From Macrostomum lignano (Eukaryota): a stretch of DNA of 64,000 nt. The stretch covers positions 62,001-126,000 of the forward strand of contig NIVC01002353.1 of the NCBI GenBank assembly GCA_002269645.1, given 5' to 3'. The translations under genes were made by a program, and so were the position numbers. This document shows positions 32,959 through 44,277 of the stretch, in pieces. Position 1 is the first letter of the stretch, and the number at the start of each line of letters is the position of its first letter. The notes beneath the pieces are model-generated. The model ran no database searches. It had not been told where the DNA came from and worked only from the letters and a program-made list of their open reading frames with translations.

Positions 32959-33972
32959 CTATTTAGACTCAATAAATTTTTTGCCATGCTTGCCGACCGT
33001 GTAGGCTGTTTGGCAGTTATTCACAGCCTTCCCTCCATTGGCCACCGCCTCAACCACGCAGGAGGCCGTCGACTTGGACACGGTCTCCGTGATCTCCATT
33101 GTAGTCTGTTTGGCCGTGAATACGGCAGCTTCCTTGGTGACCGCCTTGGTTACGTGGACCGTGGCCTGCTGCCCGGCCGTCTGAGCACTCAGAGAAAGTA
33201 CCTGAGAGGACGCATGAATGGCCACCTTTTGGCTGGCCGTGTGAATGATGGTCTTTGTGGTGCCAACGGCAGCCTCTTTAACAGACTGTTTTGTCACCAT
33301 TTTCGCTGTCTCCTTGGTAACCTTCTTTGCCACCGTCACTGCCGTTCGCTTGGCAGTCGTGGAGGCCGTCTGCTGAGCGACCTGCTGGGCCCCGCCGCTC
33401 ACCACCTGTTTGGTGACCTCGGTGGTCGTCTTGGTGATGGCCGTGCGACTCGCCTGCTTAGTGGTGGTCACGGCTGTCTCCTTCACAGCGTCGCAGGCGC
33501 CCGACGCGACTCCGGCGGTGCACAGGTCGAAAACGCAGAAGGCGCCGTCCATCCCGGCTTGCAGATAGTTTTCCTCGGCGAGGTTTCTACCCATGGATGC
33601 CGCGTTGAAGTTGGCGGACACCAGGGCGCCCGCCATGGGACCGGCGACCAGGCCTGTTCCGACGCACACTCCCATGCGTGCTGCAGTCTTCCAATTGTTT
33701 TTGATCGCATCACCTACTGCATCACCTGCCACATCACCTACCGCATCACCTACCGCATCACCTACCGCATTACCTACATTACCCACCGCATCACCTACCG
33801 CATTACCTACATTACCCACCGCATCACCTACCGCATTACCTACATTACCCACCGCATCACCTACATAAACTACCACATCACCTACCGTATTACCTACATC
33901 ACCTACCGCGTTACCTACATCACATACCGCATTACCTACGGTGTCGACAAATTTCGTAATTGCGCCGAACAT
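32959..33972 (-). CDS. Unrecognised family, copy 3 (337 aa) with N-terminal VGNVGNAVGDA 11-mer repeats
   Basis: Intact single-exon ORF from ATG to TAG. It shares WKTAA..CVGTG.VAGP..ASMGRNLAEENYLQAGMDGAFC.F.LCTAGVASGA with copy 1. Confidence 0.75.
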   Translation of the reverse strand: MFGAITKFVDTVGNAVCDVGNAVGDVGNTVGDVVVYVGDAVGNVGNAVGDAVGNVGNAVGDAVGNVGNAVGDAVGDAVGDVAGDAVGDAIKNNWKTAARMGVCVGTGLVAGPMAGALVSANFNAASMGRNLAEENYLQAGMDGAFCVFDLCTAGVASGACDAVKETAVTTTKQASRTAITKTTTEVTKQVVSGGAQQVAQQTASTTAKRTAVTVAKKVTKETAKMVTKQSVKEAAVGTTKTIIHTASQKVAIHASSQVLSLSAQTAGQQATVHVTKAVTKEAAVFTAKQTTMEITETVSKSTASCVVEAVANGGKAVNNCQTAYTVGKHGKKFIESK

Positions 33973-35099
33973 GATGTGGGACGAATACTGCTCGAATTTC
34001 TAGTAGCGTTTAGGAAGGCAGCTTGCGATTCGCTTGAATTCGGTAGACATGCGTCACACACGGAAGGAATTTTTACCTTCTTCAGTTCACTCAACAGTAG
34101 GTTGGGTTTTCTCGACTGGAAGGAAAGATCAAAGCGTATGCAGTCCCTCTTTAACAAGCGCAGGGCGCATAAACAGGTGCAGCTGCTTTTATTGAAAACT
34201 AAGTGCATTTATTGCTGTGCGACCAGCTCATTAAGAAGTGCGTGCAAAGCACGAAAAACTGCACTTTGAAAAGTGCCAATGAAACTTCTATGTTCTTCTA
34301 GGCGAAGTTCTACATCTATTTAACTGCTTCGCGTCTTTACGGGCAAGGCTGAACGCATCTTGCTAACCATTTCTAAGAAAATTTAATGCCACCCATGCGA
34401 GCATCATGCGAAATTTATGCTTTCGAAATTACGATTCCGACACAGTTGCAACCACACACTACAGAATGCACATATTGCACACTGATGATGCTGGCATTGC
34501 ACACTGATGCTGCATGCCATGTCAGACCAGGCCATGCTGGACAAGCCTCGGAGCGCAGAGCTGTAAAGAATTGAAGAAGACAGCCAAATGCATGTAAAGC
34601 AGCAGACCATTTCGGATTGCTGCGGAATTCCCAGAAGACTTTGGCCGGTAACCCATGGCCTCACCACCCCGCCCAGCTCAAAGCAGCGGGCCTCCGTTAA
34701 GCCTCGAATCGATCTTGGAAATCTCTCGGATTTGCTCGGCGAGCTCGCAGTGAAACTTAACGCCGGAATTCGGCAAAAGTGCAGGTGATTCAGGCGGGGG
34801 TCACCGAGACTCGAATGTTCGGGCTGCGAGGGCGGAGCCGCGGGCCCGCTTTGATGAATGGCCGGCGTGACTGAAGGCCGCCGCGGGCTGTCAGCGCACC
34901 GAGACCACCAAAGCGATTCTGACAGCCTCTGATATTTGCAAGCCCCCGTCTGGCCGGCCAGCTGCTTCCAGATGCTGGGCCGGCATTTCAGAACAGCGCC
35001 AGGCAGCCCGCGTACTGACCGACCTCTCCGAGACAAAGTCCAGTGTACTTTTGTTTACCTTTGCAATGGTCTGCATAGCTTGTTATTGTAGGAATGACT

Positions 35100-35660
35100 A
35101 GCGCACACTGCACCAGTCTCAGTGTGTGACACACTGCAGCACAGACTGCACCAGTCTCAGTGTGTGACACACTGCAGCACAGACTGCACCAGTCTCAGTG
35201 TGTGACACACTGCAGCACAGACTGCACCAGTATCAGTGTGTGACACACTGCAGCACAGACTGCACCAGTCTCAGTGTGTGACACACTGCAGCACAGACTG
35301 CACCAGTCTCAGTGTGTGACACACTGCAGCACAGACTGCACCAGTCTCAGTGTGTGACACACTGCAGCACAGACTGCACCAGTATCAGTGTGTGACACAC
35401 TGCAGCACAGACTGCACCAGTCTCAGTGTGTGACACACTGCAGCACAGACTGCACCAGTCTCAGTGTGTGACACACTGCAGCACAGACTGCACCAGTCTC
35501 AGTGTGTGCAGACACTGCAGCACAGACTACACCAGTCTCAGTGTGTGCAGACACTGCAGCACAGACTGCACCAGTCTCAGTGTGTGCAGACACTGCAGCA
35601 CAGACTGCACCAGTCTCAGTGTGTGCAGACACTGCACTGCAGTGACACTGCAGCACAGAC
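35100..35660. repeat. 38-bp minisatellite (~14 copies)
   Basis: Unit ctgcaccagtctcagtgtgtgacacactgcagcacaga. Confidence 0.97.
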
Positions 35661-36399
35661 TGAACTTTAGCCAAAATGAGCCTCTGGGCGAGCAGAGCAG
35701 CTGGGCGCAATGCATAAAACATCACACAAATTTCTGGGCAGTCAGCTCGCAGATTTGAGCTGCTCTCTCTCTCTCAAATGGCCCCCAGGAGGCCGGCGGA
35801 GACCTCAGAGCGCCGTGTTTGTCCAGCGGCCCGCCCGAGCCGCCCTCTCAGGGAGATGCTGACTTTGGCGTGAAGAATTTCCTGACCGGAATAGAGTACG
35901 GGCCGCTCTCGGCATTTATTCGGTACAAAGTCAGCTCATATTTGCCAGTTTAGAATAACAAATGAATATTTATCGGAAATTATTTCGTTATCTCAGCAGG
36001 CATAGCGAGGCCCGAGTCAAGTAAATAAGTGAAATCCAATGCTGATGGAGCAGCAAGCAGCGCTTAATCTATATAGCAGTCCTTGTCTCAGCTGTCAGGC
36101 TCAGGGAATTTCCGGAAGCTCCGGGAATGCCAGAATCTCGAGCTGCCAGTCGAGTCGCAAGGGGCTCTATCAGTCCGACCCGATTCCAGCCTCTCGAATC
36201 TCCCGAAGCCTCATCAAACTATCAAATCCCCATGCCTTGTAGGCCTCATCGACAAACCATCTACGCTCATCAAGCTTCAAACAGGAATCGCAGACGACAA
36301 AAGTTTTCTAATTTTAGCTCGCTATTTAAAGTGAAAAATTTCTTTCAAGCTTATATAGCAGCTTCATCAAACTCGCTCAGCGTCATCGGGACGCCCTAT

Positions 36400-36580
36400 G
36401 ATTTATAAAGCTCAAAACATGCAGCTTCATCAAGCTACCCCGACAGCTTCATCAAGCTACCCTAACAACTTCATCAAGCTACTCCAAACAGCTTCATCAA
36501 GCTACCCCAAACAGCTTCATCAAGCTACCCCAACAGCTTCATCAAGCTCCCCACAGCCTCATCATCCAAAGCCCCATCAG
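36400..36580. repeat. ~24-bp repeat (cagcttcatcaagctacccc..), ~7 copies, just 3' of the DEG/ENaC stop
   Basis: Directly visible. Confidence 0.9.
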
Positions 36581-36585
36581 CCACT

Positions 36586-38229
36586 TCAAATTTCTGAGCC
36601 GGCCGTCCCGTCTTCATCAGCTTCATCGGCGGTGTCGGCAGGCGGTCGCCTCAGCGGCAGGCCGTCGGTGCTGTTGACGGCGGCGCCGGCAGCCGCAGCG
36701 GGGAGCCGCAGCAGCTGCAGGAAGGCGAGCTCCACCAGCTCGAAGGCCACGGTGAGGGTGACGCCCAGCGTGAGGCTGCCGACGCCGCCCAGCCGGCTGA
36801 GCAGGGCGCTCAGGGTGATGACCGGCTGCTCGCTGTGCTCCAGCGTCATGTAGGTCGCCCTGGCAACCGTCACCAAAGCCAAGTCGTCGGCTGGCAGGCC
36901 GACCTCGGCCTCTTCTTCCAGTTCGACGTAGTCGAGCGGACGCTGGCCTGTCCGCTGGCGCCGCAGCTGCGCCATCTGGGTGGCGCCGGGGCGCCAGCCG
37001 CAGTTGGACTGCTCAACCAAGTAGCGCCAGTGCACGCAGCGCCTGCGGCATGGTTGGCCCAGCTGCCCGCTAGCCTCATCCTCGCCGTCAGAGCCGGAGC
37101 GCTGCTCGCTGTACACTCGGTCCAGGCTGATGTTTCTGGCACAGGCGGTCCTGGCGAGGAGGCCGTCAGGACCTTCAAGATCTAGCCGGCTGCAGTAGGG
37201 CAGCAGCTGCAGGTCCAGCGGGCGGGGGTTGAGGTGGAAGGCGGAGGTGCAGTTGCAGTGGTGCGCGATGAAGCTGCTGATGCTCTGGGCGATGCAGGCA
37301 TCGTAGGTGTAGTTGAAGACGGTCTCGCCGGCCTGGCTGATGCGGGGCGCGGCGGGCAGCTCGGCGGCCTCGATGCAGTCGGTTTTGGGACTGCGGTACT
37401 TGATGAAGCGCTCGGGCCGGTAGCGGATGGTGCTGGCGGTGCCCGGCTGCACATTGTACTGCTCGTAGTCGATGTTGGGGAAGGTGCCGGGCTCGTGCAG
37501 CACGATGGCCAGCCCCACGGCCTCGTGGAATAGGTTGTAGGCCTGCTGCGGGCCGAGATCCGCCGACGGGCTGGCGTTGAAGCCGCCGGCCGCCATCACC
37601 ATGGAGACGCTGCTGACGTAGGCAGGGTCCTCGCTGACCTGCAGCTCGTAGCAGTTGAAGTAGAGCGGGTGCAGGATGCGGCGGACGCGGAAGCGGCACT
37701 CCTCCTCGTGCGCCACGGACGGGTTGGTGTTGCGGCTGTGGCGCATCACGCAGAGCAGCAGCAGGTCGCCGAACCGGTGGCCGAGCTGGCGGACCTCGGT
37801 CGGCCGCAGGTTCTGGAAGTAAGAGGACACCCGGTCGTTCTGGAACAGATCGGCTGCGTCCGCGGCGCGCCCGCTGGCAGCGAGGCTGTCGACGGCGTCG
37901 CGCAGCCGGCGGGAGAAGTCGATCGGGCTGGGGACGCGGCCGCTGGCCCAGAGCTGCGCGGCGCGGGGCGAGAAGGGCTGGTGGGAGCAGACAGTGATGC
38001 TGGGGAACAGAGACGGGTCGTTGGCCAGCTGGTCCGTCTGCAGGCTGACGTGGTACTCGAAGTACTCGCTGACCAGATAGTAGGAGTTGACGCCGAGTAG
38101 GCAGAGCATGCTGAGCACGAAGCCGGCCCACAGCAGCCTCAGGAAGGGGTGCTGGTCCGGCCGCACCAGCCGGCCAAAGCCGCGGAGGCTGGTGCCGCTG
38201 GCAAACTGGCGCAGGCAGCTGGTTGCCAT
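36586..38229 (-). CDS. Intronless DEG/ENaC (amiloride-sensitive sodium channel family) subunit, 547 aa
   Basis: FASGTSLRG pre-TM1, TM1 (LLWAGFVLSMLCLLG), FPSITVC, YFNCY, GLAIVLHEPG, Cys-rich thumb (YTYDAC..CNC..C..C...C), TM2 (LLSRLGGVGSLTLGVTLTVAFELVE). Confidence 0.9.
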   Translation of the reverse strand: MATSCLRQFASGTSLRGFGRLVRPDQHPFLRLLWAGFVLSMLCLLGVNSYYLVSEYFEYHVSLQTDQLANDPSLFPSITVCSHQPFSPRAAQLWASGRVPSPIDFSRRLRDAVDSLAASGRAADAADLFQNDRVSSYFQNLRPTEVRQLGHRFGDLLLLCVMRHSRNTNPSVAHEEECRFRVRRILHPLYFNCYELQVSEDPAYVSSVSMVMAAGGFNASPSADLGPQQAYNLFHEAVGLAIVLHEPGTFPNIDYEQYNVQPGTASTIRYRPERFIKYRSPKTDCIEAAELPAAPRISQAGETVFNYTYDACIAQSISSFIAHHCNCTSAFHLNPRPLDLQLLPYCSRLDLEGPDGLLARTACARNISLDRVYSEQRSGSDGEDEASGQLGQPCRRRCVHWRYLVEQSNCGWRPGATQMAQLRRQRTGQRPLDYVELEEEAEVGLPADDLALVTVARATYMTLEHSEQPVITLSALLSRLGGVGSLTLGVTLTVAFELVELAFLQLLRLPAAAAGAAVNSTDGLPLRRPPADTADEADEDGTAGSEI

Positions 38230-38584
38230 GGCAGCCCGTTGCTATGGAGATCAAATTTTTTAGAAGTCCGTTGCTACAGCCGTTGAAATCTGTCCCCCCC
38301 CTGGTCAGAAAGTGCATCGAATTCATACGCGTGCGAGCGCCCCGCCCTGATTAGAACAAAGTCGAGAAGTTGACGAGATTGGCTCGCTGCGAACTGGGAC
38401 CCTGGAATTGGCGGAGCCGGCCCTCGGCCCCTCGACTGCAGGCACTGGCCGCACTTCTGGCTTCATATTTCTTCTAACTCTAACTTACGAGTATCAGGCA
38501 GCCAATTTGTCAGCTCATCGAGTTGCCGTAAATCGGGGTCAGTGAGTTCGAATATAATGACTTCGCTTAGGACAGAACTAATTG

Positions 38585-39085
38585 CGTGCAGTCTGTGCCA
38601 AGTCAATGGGTCAGTGAGGGACTGGGTCAGTGAGGGACTGGGTCAGTGAGGGACTGGGTCAGCGAGGGAATGGGTCAGTGAAGGAATGGGTCAGTGAGGG
38701 GATGGGTCAGTGAGGAGCTGGGTCAGTCAGGGAATGGGTCAGTGAGGGACTGGGTCAGTCAGGGACTGGGTTAGTGAGAGAATGGGTCAGTGAGGGACTG
38801 GGTCGTCAGTGAGGGGATGGGTCAGTGAGGGAATGGGTCAGTGAGGGGATGGGTCAGTGAAGGAATGGGTCAGTGAGGGGATGGGTCAGTGAGGGGATGG
38901 GTCAGTGAGGGAATGGGTCAGTGAGGGGATGGGTCAGTGAGGGGATGGGTCGGTGAGGGAATGGGTCAGTGAGGGAATGGGTCAGTGAGGGAATGAGTCA
39001 GTGTGGGACTGGGTCAGTGAGAGAATGGGTCAGTGAGGGACTAAGTCAGTGAGGGACTGAGTCGTCAGTGAGGGGGTGAGGCACT
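38585..39085. repeat. 16-bp minisatellite (gggtcagtgaggga[a/c]t)
   Basis: Directly visible. Confidence 0.95.
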
Positions 39086-39302
39086 GAGGGAATTGGTAAG
39101 TAGGGGATTAATTGCTAACAGACAACTCAGAATCCACAGCAAAAGTTGGTCAATCACCAAGTTCACCATATGTACCCCGTTGAAGCGCAACAAGCAAAAA
39201 TTGGAATTTTAAAGTTTCCAATCAGAACTTCATCATCCGCTGACTTTGCCAATCAGAGTAATTTTGCCCCGCGGATAACGAACTGCGCACAGCCGGCCAC
39301 CA

Positions 39303-39775
39303 CGGACAGATCAAACAGACGGACAGATCAAACAGACGGACAGATCAAACAGGCGGACAGATCAAACAGACGGACAGATCAACCAGACGGACAGATCAAA
39401 CAGGCGGACAGATCAAACAGGCGGACAGATCAAACAGGCGGACAGATCAAACAGACGGACAGATCAAACAGACGGACATATCAAACAGACGGACATATCA
39501 AACAGACGGACAGATCAAACAGACGGACAGATCAAACAGACGGACAGATCAAACAGGCGGACAGATCAAACAGACGGACAGATCAAACAGACGGACAGAT
39601 CAAACAGGCGGACAGATCAACCAGACGGACAGATCAAACAGGCGGACAGATCAAACAGGCGGACAGATCAAACAGACGGACAGATCAAACAGGCGGACAG
39701 ATCAACCAGACGGACAGATCAAACAGACGGACAGATCAAACAGATGGACAGATCAAACAGACGGACAGATCAAAA
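39303..39775. repeat. 17-bp minisatellite (cggacagatcaaacaga)
   Basis: Directly visible. Confidence 0.95.
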
Positions 39776-40012
39776 CGCCGACACAGTTTATCCATCAGGT
39801 CCGCAGCCACTGGTTAAACAGGCTGACCATGCCCCGCTGCTCAGTATGCTTGTGTCGTTAAGGAAAAGGGTAAATAATTGTTGGATTTGATGCATCAACT
39901 ACTGAGGAACTCCGGCTTATCAGTAGTCAGTTGCATAATAATTTGGCGATAGCTGGTTAATAATATCAGCTTCTTGATAAGTGATTTGAAAATTCAACAC
40001 AAAATAAACCAT

Positions 40013-40278
40013 TACTGACCCACCGCTGACCCAATTTCTCCTACTGACCCACCGCTGACCCAATTTCTCCTACTGACCCACCGCTGACCAATTTCTCCTA
40101 CTGACCCACTGCTGACCCAATCTCCTACTGACCCACTGCTGATCCAATTTCTCCTACTGACCCACAGCTGACCAATTTCTCCTACTGACCCACTGCTGAC
40201 CCAATCTCCTACTGACCCTACTGCTGATCCAATTTCTCCTACTGACCCACAGCTGACCAATTTCTCCTACTGACCCAC
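40013..40278. repeat. ~28-29-bp minisatellite (ctgacccaatttctcctactgacccacc)
   Basis: Directly visible. Confidence 0.93.
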
Positions 40279-40794
40279 CAATGTCTTCCTGCTGAGCTCA
40301 AAGCAAAGGAAGCAAGCCAGAGGAGCCGGTGGCAGTTTGCGGTGCCGATGGCCAGAATCGCAAATGAAGCAGAGGAGTATTGATAATTCATTGAGGCCTG
40401 ACAGATCAGCTCAGGCCGAGCCTACAGGCCCAGAAAACTGATCGCGTAATGGAAATCAGAACAATATCGAACACGGAGCATCGCATTTGTGACTCATCTG
40501 GAATCGAATCGAAAAAGATAAAAACTGTGGCTAGCAACGGCGAGAACTGCTAACCGACAGGGCGCATCGGATTGGTAATGGAGGCAGGAGTAAAGTGCCA
40601 TCAGGCGACAAAGACCTATAAACTCGTCCTTGTATTGTAGGATTACCGTATAAAGCCGGGGAATCACAGAGACACGCGTGGAATTCGCAAATATGCGAAT
40701 CCAATTTGTTGAAGAGCAATGCTGCATTTTGGCATTGAAGAGGCAAATTTCAGAGCAAAAGTTATAAAAGAGCTGTAAGTAGTTAGGGGAAAAG

Positions 40795-42745
40795 GGGCTG
40801 TGAGTCATGATGGGAAGGGAGCTGTGAGTCATGATGGGAAGGGAGCTGTGAGTCATGATGGGAAGGGAGCTGTGAGTCATGATGGGAAGGGAGCTGTGAG
40901 TCATGATGGGAAGGGAGCTGTGAGTCATGATGGGAAGGGAGCTGTGAGTCATGATGGGAAGGGAGCTGTGAGTCATGATGGGAAGGGAGCTGTGAGTCAT
41001 GATGGGAAGGGAGCTGTGAGTCATGATGGGAAGGGAGCTGTGAGTCATGATGGGAAGGGAGCTGTGAGTCATGATGGGAAGGGAGCTGTGAGTCATGATG
41101 GGAAGGGAGCTGTGAGTCATGATGGGAAGGGAGCTGTGAGTCATGATGGGAAGGGAGCTGTGAGTCATGATGGGAAGGGAGCTGTGAGTCATGATGGGAA
41201 GGGAGCTGTGAGTCATGATGGGAAGGGAGCTGTGAGTCATGATGGGAAGGGAGCTGTGAGTCATGATGGGAAGGGAGCTGTGAGTCATGATGGGAAGGGA
41301 GCTGTGAATTATTATGGGAAGGGAGCTGTGAGTCATGATGGGAAGGGAGCTGTGAGTCATGATGGGAAGGGAGCTGAGTCATGATGGGAAGGGAGCTGTG
41401 AGTCATGATGGGAAGGGAGCTGTGAGTCATGATGGGAAGGGAGCTGTGAGTCATGATGGGAAGGGAGCTGTGAGTCATGATGAGAAGGGAGCTGTGAGTC
41501 ATGATGGGAAGGGAGCTGTGAGTCATGATGGGAAGGGAGCTGTGAATTATTATGGGAAGGGAGCTGTGAGTCATGATGGGAAGGGAGCTGTGAGTCATGA
41601 TGGGAAGGGAGCTGTGAGTCATGATGGGAAGGGAGCTGTGAGTCATGATGGGAAGGGAGCTGTGAGTCATGATGGGAAGGGAGCTGTGAGTCATGATGGG
41701 AAGGGAGCTGTGAGTCATGATGGGAAGGGAGCTGTGAATTATTATGGGAAGGGAGCTGTGAGTCATGATGGGAAGGGAGCTGAGTCATGATGGGAAGGGA
41801 GCTGTGAGTCATGATGGGAAGGGAGCTGTGAGTCATGATGGGAAGGGAGCTGTGAGTCATGATGGGAAGGGAGCTGTGAGTCATGATGGGAAGGGAGCTG
41901 TGAATTATTATGGGAAGGGAGCTGTGAGTCATGCTCGGATAAGAGCTGTGAGTCATGATGGGAAGGGAGCTGTGAGTCATGATGGGAAGGGAGCTGTGAG
42001 TCATGATGGGAAGGGAGCTGTGAGTCATGATGGGAAGGGAGCTGTGAGTCATGATGGGAAGGGAGCTGTGAGTCATGTTGGGAAGGGAGCTGTGAGTCAT
42101 GATGGGAAGGGAGCTGTGAGTCATGATGGGAAGGGAGCTGTGAATTATTATGGGAAGGGAGCTGTGAGTCATGCTCGGATAAGAGCTGTGAGTCATGATG
42201 GGAAGGGAGCTGTGAGTCATGATGGGAAGGGAGCTGTGAGTCATGATGGGAAGGGAGCTGTGAATTATTATGGGAAGGGAGCTGTGAATCATGATGGGAA
42301 GGGAGCTGTGAGTCATGATGGGAAGGGAGCTGTGAGTCATGATGGGAAGGGAGCTGTGAGTCATGATGGGAAGGGAGCTGTGAGTCATGATGGGAAGGGA
42401 GCTGTGAGTCATGATGGGAAGGGAGCTGTGAATCATGATGGGAAGGGAGCTGTGAGTCATGATGGGAAGGGAGCTGTGAATCATGATGGGAAGGGAGCTG
42501 TGAATCATGATGGGAAGGGAGCTGTGAGTCATGATGGGAAGGGAGCTGTGAGTCATGATGGGAAGGGAGCTGTGAATCATGATGGGAAGGGAGCTGTGAA
42601 TCATGATGGGAAGGGAGCTGTGAATCATGATGGGAAGGGAGCTGTGAGTCATGATGGGAAGGGAGCTGTGAGTCATGATGGGAAGGGAGCTGTGAGTCAT
42701 GATGGGAAGGGAGCTGTGAATCGACATGATTGGCGGGTAGCTGAG
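40795..42745. repeat. 24-bp minisatellite (~80 copies; gtgagtcatgatgggaagggagct)
   Basis: Directly visible. Variant units recur in higher-order blocks, for example at 41881 and 42121, 240 bp apart. Confidence 0.98.
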
Positions 42746-43096
42746 TCATATTGGATCATGTCATAGGTCATCGGTCATATTAGATTATACGTCATACTTA
42801 GCAGCAGGTGGAAATGCTGGAAATCAGAGAGCATCTTCCAAGAGATAATAAAAGTGTCAGGTCAGGTGCAAGAACTTTCAATTTCAAAATTAATGAGAAA
42901 AATAAAAGTAAAATTCAACCCAGTGGAGCAATTACTGGGGTAAAATTTCGGATGCATATATATTAAGAAAAATTAAAAAAATCTAATAACCCACACAGAT
43001 AAACCTCTGTGATGGTTTTCAACCACGAAAAAAATTGCCTAAAAATTATGCCATTTATAATTTCTTCAGGTCAAGATTTTCTTCAACCCTTAAGCT

Positions 43097-43460
43097 TTTT
43101 ATTAGAGGCAGGGGGGGGGGTTGTGTGCACCCTGGCGCACTTTAAGCGACATAGGCACACAACCGGCGAGAGGCATTACTGCCCATTCCGCCGACTCCCC
43201 TGAGCAGGCATACAAGCGCGCGGATACGTACGCAGGCACACACTCACACAGGAGTGTACAGCGGCCCTAACTTTATATTATCGTTAGGCATGTACACTTC
43301 ACTGCGCCTTGGGGGGTTGGCTCTCAAGGCTGTTAATTGCACGAGCAGAGCCAAGCCGAGATTCCAATTCAGCCCCAAATTAATGTGACTGCACTTGGAA
43401 TCGAGCCTGGGTCGCTGGCACACCAGAGCAGCTGCGCTACCGCTGGGCTACGGCCCCCCT
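43097..43460 (-). mobile_element. tRNA-derived SINE with a 12-bp TSD
   Basis: Head GGGGGCCGTAGCCCAGCGGTAG...GGCTCGATTCC (A- and B-box-like), tail AATAAAAA, TSD AACCCTTAAGCT at 43085-43096 and 43461-43472. Confidence 0.82.
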
Positions 43461-43513
43461 AACCCTTAAGCTAGTTTTGATTCCTTTGCTCACTTTTATT
43501 CTGCCCATCTTAG

Positions 43514-44215
43514 GTGTTACAGGGGTCTATGGCAAGTCAGGTGTTACAGGGGTCCATGGCCAGACAGGTGTTACAGGAGTCTATGGTCAGTCAGGTGTTA
43601 CAGGGGTCCATGGCCAGTCAGGTGTTACAGGGGTCCATGGTCAGTCAGGTACTACAGGGGTCCATGGCCAGTCAGGTGTTACAGGGGTCCATGGCCAGTC
43701 AGGTATTACAGGGGTCCATGGCCAGTCAGGTGTTACAGGGGTCCATGGCCAGTCAGGTGTTACAGGGGTCCATGGCCAGTCAGGTGTCACAGGGGTCCAT
43801 GGCCAGTCAGGTGTTACAGGGGTCCATGGCCAGTCAGGTGTTACAGGGGTCCATGGCCAGTCAGGTGTTACAGGGGTCCATGGCCAGTCAGGTATTACAG
43901 GGGTCCATGGCCAGTCAGGTGTTACAGGGGTCCATGGCCAGTCAGGTGTTAGAGGGGTCCATGGCCAGTCAGGTGTTAGAGGGGTCCATGGCCAGTCAGG
44001 TGTTACAGGGATCCATGGTCAGTCAGGTACTACAGGGGTCCATGGCCAGTCAGGTGTTAGAGGGGTCCATGGCCAGTCAGGTGTTACAGGGATCCATGGC
44101 CAGTCAGGTGTTAGAGGGGTCCATGGCCAGTCAGGTGTTACAGGGGTCCATGGCCAGTCAGGTGTTAGAGGGGTCCATGGCCAGTCAGGTGTTACAGGGA
44201 TCCACGCAAGTCAGA
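43514..44215 (+). repeat. 27-bp minisatellite that translates as (GVT-GVH-GQS)n
   Basis: Unit ggtgttacaggggtccatggccagtca, ~26 copies. Confidence 0.95.
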
Positions 44216-44277
44216 TGTTACAGAAGTCCACGGCAAGTCAAGGACTGCAGTGGTCCATGTAGCAATGCAGCGGCCGG

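Noticed and set aside
34404-36350. GC-rich patches and ORFs around the 38-bp array
   Set aside because: No consistent frame, motif or splice chain could be assembled. It may be a decayed gene, but that is unsupported.
37175-38326. 383-aa alternative-frame ORF overlapping the DEG/ENaC gene, and similar shadows over the decarboxylase and HypX exons
   Set aside because: Expected in very GC-rich coding DNA; low-complexity Pro/Arg/Ala content with no motifs.
40494-42766. SHDGKGAV / THSSLPIM / HDSQLPSH repeat proteins
   Set aside because: A 24-bp minisatellite with frame-breaking 2-bp deletions (~41375 and ~41781), open in several frames.
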